Part shown: piece by piece, positions 49,957-57,449 of the stretch | Position numbering within the stretch: position 1 is the stretch's first letter | How the letters are laid out: the number at the start of each line of letters is the position of its first letter | IMG/VR virus record: IMGVR_UViG_3300049783_001127 | Reading direction: 5' to 3' (one strand) | DNA length: 64,000 bases | Origin: a virus | Position numbers and translations under genes: made by a program | Notes under the pieces: model-generated | What the model saw: only the letters and a program-made list of their open reading frames with translations | Told to the model about the DNA's origin: nothing | The model's database searches: none

Positions 49957-50178
49957 TCAATCTAATAGATCATCATCTTTTTTAGGTATTTCTCTTACTT
50001 GACCTCCTACAATTAGAACTGAGCAAATAATTATCATTATTGAATCTAATATCAACATAGGAGCATGCCACCATTGTCTAATGGATATACTCATTGATGC
50101 TAAAAAATTAAGTAATGCAATGATTACTAGGAATGATATTAACTTAAGTGCTATTGTTCTTGGTTTGTTTACTTTCAT
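49957..50178 (-). CDS. Small membrane protein
   Basis: 73 aa, two TM helices. Confidence 0.4.
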   Translation of the reverse strand: MKVNKPRTIALKLISFLVIIALLNFLASMSISIRQWWHAPMLILDSIMIIICSVLIVGGQVREIPKKDDDLLD

Positions 50179-50181
50179 AAT

Positions 50182-50892
50182 CTATAAGTTTTCTTTAATC
50201 CAATCACTAATATAAGTTGTCCATAACACTTTACCTTTAGTATTACCTCGGTAAAGTAATCCATCAGCAAGAGCTTTTTTGCACTTAACCTCAACTTCCT
50301 CTCTACTATACATCTTCTCAACAATCCTGTGAGTAGTAATAGTGTTGTGTATTGGGTCTACTTTGAGTTTAAATTTTCCATTATCAAGTACTACTTGTGC
50401 AGAATGTGGGAAATGGTAACTCGTTGCTTCTTCATACTCAACATCAACTTCATCAAATCCACCTTGCTCACAATAAGCTTTGATTAGTGCTTGAGATGGT
50501 TGAGGTAACAATGCCGTCTTAAGTTCTCCCCCAATATATTGAGGTTTGGGGTTTGGAACATTACGTAATGTAAATATTGTAGTAGTAAGCTTAGGATCAG
50601 TAGTTGCTATGATTTTTAAACCTGATTTAGCTTCTCTTTCATGTTGAACTATAATAGTTTGTTCATTACCATTTTCATCAGATATATATATTAAATTCCA
50701 ATCCCCTACCTTAATCTCTTCATCTGTTGTGAAGTAGAGGTGTTGAGGTGTCCCGCCTATTTCTTCAATAGCCATAAGTACAGACTGAGGGTTATTGTGG
50801 AAATGGTCTAATCCACTTCCATGTAATACTATGCCTGTATAATCTTCTGTAGGTAATCTATGTACCTGTGTTCTTTTTCTATTTGCTTCCAT
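50182..50892 (-). CDS. Hypothetical protein
   Basis: 236-aa ORF. Confidence 0.5.
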   Translation of the reverse strand: MEANRKRTQVHRLPTEDYTGIVLHGSGLDHFHNNPQSVLMAIEEIGGTPQHLYFTTDEEIKVGDWNLIYISDENGNEQTIIVQHEREAKSGLKIIATTDPKLTTTIFTLRNVPNPKPQYIGGELKTALLPQPSQALIKAYCEQGGFDEVDVEYEEATSYHFPHSAQVVLDNGKFKLKVDPIHNTITTHRIVEKMYSREEVEVKCKKALADGLLYRGNTKGKVLWTTYISDWIKENL

Positions 50893-50907
50893 TTGTTTAG
50901 CTTTAGA

Positions 50908-51156
50908 TTAATAGTTAAATAGTCTTCTCCAAAAAGATAATTTAGATTTTTTCCAATCTTCCATCTTCTCTACTTTTTCTATACGTTTTTGGGATAAATA
51001 TATTACATCCCTTATACGTTTTCTCATAGTGTCAGGGTCAGAAGTATTTTGTGGGTCTATATTATAATAAGATTGATGACATCTTCTGAAATCTTTCAAT
51101 GCTTCTGCCTTTGAAGAGTATACATCCTCAATACCTTCAATAGATAACTCTTCCAT
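50908..51156 (-). CDS. Hypothetical protein
   Basis: 82-aa ORF. Shares the upstream motif TTAAAGCTAAACAAATGGAAG with 50182..50892. Confidence 0.45.
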   Translation of the reverse strand: MEELSIEGIEDVYSSKAEALKDFRRCHQSYYNIDPQNTSDPDTMRKRIRDVIYLSQKRIEKVEKMEDWKKSKLSFWRRLFNY

Positions 51157-51870
51157 TTGTTTAGCTTTAAATTGTTAATAAGTATCTCATCTGATTGTTC
51201 ACAGGCTCCTTAGTCAAGGTCCTGATATGTTTATTTACACCGTTACCTCCATAGCAAGTATAGTCAGTTACTGGTTTTTGAGAGTCTTTACTGACTCATT
51301 CAATCAGATGAGAATAAAATACCTGTCCATTTCTAAGTAATGGATTACTATAACCCCTTGGACTCTAACCAAGAACCTCCCGAAAGTGTACTAATTGTAC
51401 CAGAGTTTGATAAGTATCTTACAATAAACAACGTCATCTTAGCATGACTGTGAAGTACTCAATCCCAGACATTCCCCGATTACTCAGTATGTTTCTGACT
51501 TCGTATCAATCACTGTTTATCTTCAGCAGGTAGTATTTTAATAAGTATGAATATGACTTAGATAGCGTAATCACCAGTCCCAATAGAGCTTGTTTCCTTC
51601 TCTGTCAGTTACACCAATTATCCACCATATCATATTCAATATCCTCCCTACAAGGTTGCACCTTGATTATCCACTAATGAAAGTGTTTCGTGCCTTACGC
51701 ACTTTGCCTGCAGTTGGATAGGGAAACCTTTGTCACAAGGTTTTAGTATTGTTAAATGCTATCTTAGTCTTTGGTTTTGTGTTTCTTCTTCCTAGTATAC
51801 TTAGTCTTATCCTTGTACACATTAGGCCTAGTAGCTTGGTTAATCTCTTCTTGAGTTACTACAATCTTCT

Positions 51871-52059
51871 TCATGATAATTTTCTAATTCTAGCTTGCAG
51901 CTCAATGAGTTCAATAATATGTTTAAATGACTCATTTTGATCCTCTAAATTCTGGATATATGCATCTGAATATCTCTCAGATTTACTGAGACATTCAAAA
52001 TTGTGTTTAAGAACATCTAATACAGCTACATGAGCTTTAAGGTTTTCAAGTTCAGTCAT
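51871..52059 (-). CDS. Hypothetical protein
   Basis: 62-aa ORF. Start lies in a TTGTAGAATGA overlap. Confidence 0.4.
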   Translation of the reverse strand: MTELENLKAHVAVLDVLKHNFECLSKSERYSDAYIQNLEDQNESFKHIIELIELQARIRKLS

Positions 52060-52307
52060 TCTACAAATTTTATATTTCTGTTAATAGGTACTGTCTTAAC
52101 CATCTGATAACCAAATGTTCTTGAGTAATTATCCTTTTCAGCCTGATCTTCAGTATAACTAATGAAGGCTGAGAATGCTTTGTGAGCCAGCTTAATTGTC
52201 TTAAACACTGTAGCATCACGTGGATCCTCAACAATTTGTTCCCTTGTTGCATTATAGAATAGTTCATGAGTCTTATTTATTACAATATAGCTCTTAAATG
52301 CTTTCAT
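52056..52307 (-). CDS. Hypothetical protein
   Basis: 83 aa, ends KFVE*. Confidence 0.45.
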   Translation of the reverse strand: MKAFKSYIVINKTHELFYNATREQIVEDPRDATVFKTIKLAHKAFSAFISYTEDQAEKDNYSRTFGYQMVKTVPINRNIKFVE

Positions 52308-52534
52308 TTGTCCTCCATATTCTTATCCACATAATGCCGGATAATACGAAGTAACACTGTGAAGTGTATAATAAGCACTAAGGTAAGAACCCATGTACTA
52401 ATAGTATCATGCATAACTTCATTATCACTCATAGGCTTCATGTTGAAACCATACCATAAGTTGTATAATAAATAGTGTATCACCCATAGGTAAAATACTC
52501 TATCTGCTAGCTTTAATATCTTCTTTGTCCTCAT
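52304..52534 (-). CDS. Small membrane protein
   Basis: 76 aa, two hydrophobic helices. Confidence 0.4.
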   Translation of the reverse strand: MRTKKILKLADRVFYLWVIHYLLYNLWYGFNMKPMSDNEVMHDTISTWVLTLVLIIHFTVLLRIIRHYVDKNMEDK

Positions 52535-52543
52535 AACATATAG

Positions 52544-52840
52544 TTATAACTGTTCACGCCACCCTTTTTCATACTTCTGATTAATTGCCTGCCGAGCGTC
52601 ATTGACAGCAATATTCTTTTCCTTATCAGTTGTACAAGTCTTCTGTGTATCCTTGATTAGGATAGCTAGTTCTCTACGAATAGCTTTAGTTGACTTTGAA
52701 TACTTAGCAGGATTACGAGGTTCCTCAGTATTATAGTTACCTGGCTCCATTGTCCGCGGATAACCTACTGCTGGTCCAATGTATTCTCCTGTTTGTTCAT
52801 CACATATACCATCAAGTAACATGTCTGCTGCATCTCCCAT
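52544..52840 (-). CDS. Hypothetical protein
   Basis: 98 aa. Upstream CTATAAATCTAAC motif. Confidence 0.45.
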   Translation of the reverse strand: MGDAADMLLDGICDEQTGEYIGPAVGYPRTMEPGNYNTEEPRNPAKYSKSTKAIRRELAILIKDTQKTCTTDKEKNIAVNDARQAINQKYEKGWREQL

Positions 52841-52913
52841 AATTAGTTAGATTTATAGTTAATTTCAGTTGTTCCGGATACATTTATACTCTTCCTCATC
52901 TATAGAGAGAAGA

Positions 52914-53165
52914 CTAATAATCTGTGTTACCTAATATCTGTCTTTTAGCAAGAGCAGTATCCTCTTCTTCTCTTGATTTAATACCAAGGCTAATAGACTC
53001 ACCATAACATTGTATAGTTGGTTCATACTTTGCTGTAGCTCCTATACTTAAGAAGCCAGCTGATATTGGATTATGACCTCTAAAGTCACTATGTTCTAAT
53101 AGGTCACTAAATACAATCATTACATCGTCTTTAGTTACTATGTACTTCTGTTTGTGTTGGAACAT
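52914..53165 (-). CDS. Hypothetical protein
   Basis: 83 aa. Upstream CTATAAATCTAAC motif. Confidence 0.45.
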   Translation of the reverse strand: MFQHKQKYIVTKDDVMIVFSDLLEHSDFRGHNPISAGFLSIGATAKYEPTIQCYGESISLGIKSREEEDTALAKRQILGNTDY

Positions 53166-53187
53166 GTTGGTTAGATTTATAGTTATT

Positions 53188-53436
53188 TTACTTACACTCT
53201 CCTACTACTGGTAAGGGTGTGTTTGAACTCGATTGCCATGTACCATTTTCTTGAACGCCTGTGCATTCGTTAATTGTTACCCACGGAGCAAATGAATAAC
53301 CTATACTGTTAAATAGATTCACTTCAACGTACTTATCGCAATTGCAATTTGGAGCAGGTGGTACTGGTTCAATTGGTTCATCTTTACAGCTTGATAAAGC
53401 CAGTGTTAAAAGTAATATTGTTGTTAATGTTTTCAT
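53188..53436 (-). CDS. Small lipoprotein
   Basis: MKTLTTILLLTLALSSC lipobox. Upstream CTATAAATA. Confidence 0.5.
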   Translation of the reverse strand: MKTLTTILLLTLALSSCKDEPIEPVPPAPNCNCDKYVEVNLFNSIGYSFAPWVTINECTGVQENGTWQSSSNTPLPVVGECK

Positions 53437-53835
53437 GTTGTTTTATTTATAGGTTTCTAATAGTAAGTGTTAGTGAATAAAATAATAGTGTTCTCATAAG
53501 GTTGCACCTTTTAGATATGTCTTCTTTTAAGAGATTGCATAGTAAGTTACAAGTTTACAAGCATCTGATTCCCACCACGCCATTGGATAAGAACACTATT
53601 AGATGTCAGTTGGGACTTCCTGCTCAGCTGCAGCGTAAGATTATTCTACCCTGTTTGGAATTCTCTGACTTCCTGATTGTTTAGCTCCTTGTATTACAAC
53701 TAGGTAATATAATCAACAATGAAATTATAGCTGCAGATATTATAGGTACTAAAGGTGTGGCAACTAGATAACATATGTAATCTATTATTCCTAGTATAAC
53801 TATTATAGTTAAACACATTGTGAATGCTGTTTTTT

Positions 53836-54228
53836 TCATATCTCAATAAGTTTTTTGATAGGTTTCTTTTTAAACCATTTTTTATAAAAAGGTAACTCGT
53901 ACCAATCTATAATCTCCCAAAAGTTTTGCAAAGCGTAGTCTTTTAGATCCTCTCTCTTAATTGTAATAGATGTTATTTCTTTCATAGTTTCCTTAGTGTT
54001 TGGTTTGATGTGGTTTGCTAGGCTTGCCTCCCATCTTTGATCGGATTCAGAACCCTCTTTGTATATTGATCTTGACACCATTAGTAAGTCGTTAAGCCTT
54101 ATCAGTTCTTCTTCGTGCTTGGCTTGGAGTTGTATTAAATACTGATTTAGTAAATATTCAGACATTTCACCGTCATTGTAAGTATTTAAAATCTCTATTT
54201 CTAATTCCTCTATCGCTGTGTTTTTCAT
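53836..54228 (-). CDS. Hypothetical protein (contains an internal copy of its own upstream leader repeat)
   Basis: 130-aa ORF. A roughly 36-nt direct repeat lies upstream of both the start codon and an internal Met. Confidence 0.4.
   Translation of the reverse strand: MKNTAIEELEIEILNTYNDGEMSEYLLNQYLIQLQAKHEEELIRLNDLLMVSRSIYKEGSESDQRWEASLANHIKPNTKETMKEITSITIKREDLKDYALQNFWEIIDWYELPFYKKWFKKKPIKKLIEI
53984..54020 (-). repeat. Direct repeat copy 1 (about 36 nt) of a leader-like element; copy 2 is at 54227..54262
   Basis: AGCAAACCACATCA[A/C]ACCAAACACTAAGGAA(A)CTATG occurs twice, each time immediately 5' of an ATG (minus-strand sense). Confidence 0.6.
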
Positions 54229-54262
54229 AGTTCCTTAGTGTTTGGTGTGATGTGGTTTGCTC
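54227..54262 (-). repeat. Direct repeat copy 2
   Basis: See copy 1. One indel and one substitution between the copies. Confidence 0.6.
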
Positions 54263-54417
54263 ATTAACTTTTCTATGGACGTTTTTACTAATACTTCCCT
54301 ATCATAGAAATAGATAGTGAAAGCAATCCATCCAAGGCATAGCCTAAAGCAGTTTTTAATCCTGATATTAAAGCCTCCAAATTTACCAATGCACAATGTA
54401 AATGTTATTCCTTTCAT
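54235..54417 (-). CDS. Small hypothetical protein
   Basis: 60-aa ORF. Confidence 0.3.
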   Translation of the reverse strand: MKGITFTLCIGKFGGFNIRIKNCFRLCLGWIAFTIYFYDREVLVKTSIEKLMSKPHHTKH

Positions 54418-54421
54418 GTCT

Positions 54422-54691
54422 CTATTGTTTTAGGGTTATTAATACTCTTTTTAAACTTGATTCATCTCTGAGTGTGGTGTAAACCCAAAGCTCATCTTTG
54501 ATAGTATCATTAACTGTATAACTATAAACCCCATGTAGGTTTACTTCTGTAATTTCTGAATAAGGGTGTTTATCTCTTAGATAGTTTCTGAAATCTTTTT
54601 CATCTGACCACTCCCCGCAAGAGGTAAGGATAATTAATGATATTCCAAATAGTATATTCTTCATAATTCTAAATTTAACTTCTATACTCAT
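54422..54691 (-). CDS. Small lipoprotein
   Basis: MKNILFGISLIILTSCG lipobox (the internal Met is the probable start). Confidence 0.45.
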   Translation of the reverse strand: MSIEVKFRIMKNILFGISLIILTSCGEWSDEKDFRNYLRDKHPYSEITEVNLHGVYSYTVNDTIKDELWVYTTLRDESSLKRVLITLKQ

Positions 54692-54719
54692 ATTTAATTT
54701 TTAGTTATTCCGGATATCA

Positions 54720-55004
54720 TCATTCTACAATAGGACTAGACTCAACTAATCTTACTGATACCTTGTGTACCTTGAAATCAAATGGTGAGTAGTTACTGTC
54801 TGTAGCTAACCATGATTTAGGAAGGAAATGAAAGCATATTGTTGAAGGTGTTCTTTGATCATTAAATACTGTTGCATTGTGCAAGTGTGAAATGATACTA
54901 AACTTACCTTCTATCTTTCTATCAGCTTTATAGTAAATGTTTCTAGTCTTGTGTTTAATGACCCACATAAGGTTCAGGTTTTGATAGTTATGATTAGGAT
55001 ACAT
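54720..55004 (-). CDS. Hypothetical protein
   Basis: 94 aa, ends IVE* in an ATTGTAGAATGA overlap. Confidence 0.45.
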   Translation of the reverse strand: MYPNHNYQNLNLMWVIKHKTRNIYYKADRKIEGKFSIISHLHNATVFNDQRTPSTICFHFLPKSWLATDSNYSPFDFKVHKVSVRLVESSPIVE

Positions 55005-55076
55005 AGTTAAATTTAGTTATTCCGGATATATTTATACTAATCTTCATATAGAAGAAGAGACAAATAACATAGAGGT

Positions 55077-55322
55077 TTAATGCTTCTTCTTTGTACTTAT
55101 AACAGGACCTACTAGAAACTTTTTCATTGCCCTAATTCTATTCAGTGCTGCTTTGATTGTCTGCAACTTATGGTCAAGCTCTTCAACTACATGATCCATT
55201 GATCCATTTCTTTTAGCTGCATTTCTTCTAGCTGCATTTAAACGAGTATATGTTTCAGAGTGGTGATGAGATAGAGCAACAATAGTTGCATATATAATAT
55301 CACGGTCAGTAATAGGTCTCAT
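55077..55322 (-). CDS. Small basic hypothetical protein
   Basis: 81-aa ORF. Confidence 0.4.
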   Translation of the reverse strand: MRPITDRDIIYATIVALSHHHSETYTRLNAARRNAAKRNGSMDHVVEELDHKLQTIKAALNRIRAMKKFLVGPVISTKKKH

Positions 55323-55379
55323 AGTAAGTGAATTTTAGGTTTGCGGATGCCCATGTATTGATAAGAATACTATATAGGG

Positions 55380-55598
55380 TTAAGACAAGTAATGAAATAG
55401 GCCCCAAAGCATACATGTTATTATTGCGCTAATTAGAGTAGCCGTAAACCAAAATGGCTCTACGTTAGGTAGTAGTAAACCAATGAAGCCTTTAATGGTT
55501 ACATAGGTGCCAAATAAGCTCAGTGTTAATATTATACTTGTAATCATAATGTTAGTTTTTGAGTTTGCGGATACAAACATATTAGTAAAGAATACCAT
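55380..55598 (-). CDS. Small membrane protein
   Basis: 72 aa, two TM helices. Confidence 0.4.
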   Translation of the reverse strand: MVFFTNMFVSANSKTNIMITSIILTLSLFGTYVTIKGFIGLLLPNVEPFWFTATLISAIITCMLWGLFHYLS

Positions 55599-55603
55599 AG
55601 GGC

Positions 55604-55792
55604 TTATAACCCTTGATCTAGTATATTATTCTTTGAGCGCAATGTCTCTTTATAGAGGGCTAATGTCATGTGTATTGTCTTGTAGAGTGAGTACGTAAGT
55701 GTAGTGACTCCAAGAGCAATAGTTATATAGCCTATCATCATGAATGTAGTAATCATAGCTATATATTTATTAAGAGAGCATATATTAGTCAA
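55604..55792 (-). CDS. Small membrane protein
   Basis: 62 aa, hydrophobic. Confidence 0.35.
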   Translation of the reverse strand: MTNICSLNKYIAMITTFMMIGYITIALGVTTLTYSLYKTIHMTLALYKETLRSKNNILDQGL

Positions 55793-55983
55793 TGCTCAAA
55801 GGTTAAGGATTAGTAGGTATGTTGTCTCCCACTCAGTCACTTAAGCACACACAACTCAACAAAAACTTTAAGTTTTGCAGTGAATATTCAATTATTCTAC
55901 GGATAATGGGTGAGGTGAATGGTGAGGAGCATCTAAAAGAGCTACCACACCCCTATTACAGGATATGGTAGCATCATGACCTA

Positions 55984-56499
55984 CTATAAGCTTGCCTCAT
56001 CTTCAGAAACAGCATCCTCCACAATGTCTTCTACAGGAGCAGAAGCAGGAGCAGCACTGTTAAGAGATCCTCCACGCATAGCGTTGGCAATCTTGTGTTC
56101 AGCAATCTTCATTGCAATAACACCAAGCACTGCTGGATTAGTTTCTGTTTCCAACAAAGCTTCAAGACCAAGCATAGTTTCATCAGCCGTTTTAGGGATG
56201 ATAATACCGTCAACAATCTCAAGAGTGATCTTGTTAAGCTTGTGTTTGCTAGTAAACAATACTTTACCGTCTGCGTCTTCACGGTAATATTCATCTTTGA
56301 TGCGCTTGTATTCAGCAAGAGCTTCAGGGCTACCTGTTACAGTATATCTAAACCTTGGGCTTTTAGCACCAGTTTCAAGGTTAGTAGATTTGTAAGCTTC
56401 ACCAGTTCTGTAAGTTGCAACTAATTTCATAACATAAGGGGTATTAAGTAATGGGAATGCCACAATGACATTCTCTCCATTATAATAATGGGTAGTCAA
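55984..56499 (-). CDS. Hypothetical protein with an acidic C-terminus (the track start is a TTG codon)
   Basis: 171-aa ORF. First gene of the minus block next to the divergent region. Confidence 0.4.
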   Translation of the reverse strand: MTTHYYNGENVIVAFPLLNTPYVMKLVATYRTGEAYKSTNLETGAKSPRFRYTVTGSPEALAEYKRIKDEYYREDADGKVLFTSKHKLNKITLEIVDGIIIPKTADETMLGLEALLETETNPAVLGVIAMKIAEHKIANAMRGGSLNSAAPASAPVEDIVEDAVSEDEASL

Positions 56500-56506
56500 A
56501 GAGGGA
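56489..56506. repeat. Iteron-like 18-mer TGGGTAGTCAAAGAGGGA, copy 1
   Basis: Exact 18-mer repeated at 56631..56648. Shorter TGGGTAGTC(AA) copies at 57057 and 57307. Confidence 0.6.
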
Positions 56507-56630
56507 GCAGAACGGAAGGAGCAGTAACCAAGGATAGTAAAGCTAGTGCTTGCGGTAGCAACAGGCTGATTAAGCCTGAACGCTGAACTTGTTCAAGCTT
56601 TAATAGCATTGGTGAATGCGAGTGAAGTGA

Positions 56631-56648
56631 TGGGTAGTCAAAGAGGGA
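56631..56648. repeat. Iteron-like 18-mer TGGGTAGTCAAAGAGGGA, copy 2
   Basis: See copy 1. Confidence 0.6.
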
Positions 56649-56842
56649 AAAGATAACTATCTAATAACCAGTACTTGAGTCTACTTGTTACACACGCTGG
56701 ATACAATATATTAGCCTCCACCCACCAAAGGTACGAGATATATATTTAACAAGTGTCACATGATTGTCATAACACCTTGCATCAAGCTAATTTAGAATGA
56801 TTCTAAATAAGAAGGAGAGAGCCTAAGCCCTCCCCTCTTAGC

Positions 56843-57133
56843 TTAGTTACGAGACCTTGAAGCCTTGTAACATTCCCTGTCGGGTTGTACGTGTGAGAAT
56901 CTACTGAATGTCTTTTCAATAGCTTCCCATTTAGTTTCTGCTAATGTGCTCAATATTAATGGCACTCTTCTATTAGGTCTTCTAACAGTAACTACAAACT
57001 TGTATTTGTCATTATGCATATATCTTGGGTTTAAGGGGTTAATATTCCAATAAAGTAATGGGTAGTCAATCCAACCAATGAACTCCCTAGAATGGGAGCT
57101 CATCTTCATCAGTGGCAATACATACATGATCAT
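56843..57133 (-). CDS. Hypothetical protein (sits in a repeat-rich control region; may be spurious)
   Basis: 96-aa ORF. Confidence 0.3.
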   Translation of the reverse strand: MIMYVLPLMKMSSHSREFIGWIDYPLLYWNINPLNPRYMHNDKYKFVVTVRRPNRRVPLILSTLAETKWEAIEKTFSRFSHVQPDRECYKASRSRN

Positions 57134-57449
57134 TCAATCTAATAGTTACTAGTGTTCTTAGAGCAAGCTTGTAACCTCCATTACATTCAATGAACTCACA
57201 CGAGTCAAAGCTTCCGTTGTTTAGCAACTTGATACAGTCTCTTACAGTCTTCATAAACTTATTCATAACAATTGTTTTTATATTCCAGCACTGTATTGGG
57301 TAGTCTCTCTCACAATTAAGGGGGGTGGGACCAAAACTTTTTTTTCTTCAAGTTTTATTAGGGGGTGTCCACTACAGGTCCTAATACATCCCTAAAATCA
57401 AAGACTTAAATTTTTGGGTAGGAATTTTGGATGAAAAACCGTATATTAT

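Noticed and set aside
51157-51870. Self-splicing group I intron interrupting a gene
   Set aside because: I cannot recognise P7/P3 core sequences by eye, and the flanking ORFs do not look like two halves of one protein. The region is kept as a structured-region finding, not called an intron.
56489-57315. CRISPR array
   Set aside because: Only two exact 18-mer copies plus two truncated ones, with irregular spacing (141 bp, about 410 bp, about 250 bp), and no cas genes. This is not a CRISPR architecture.
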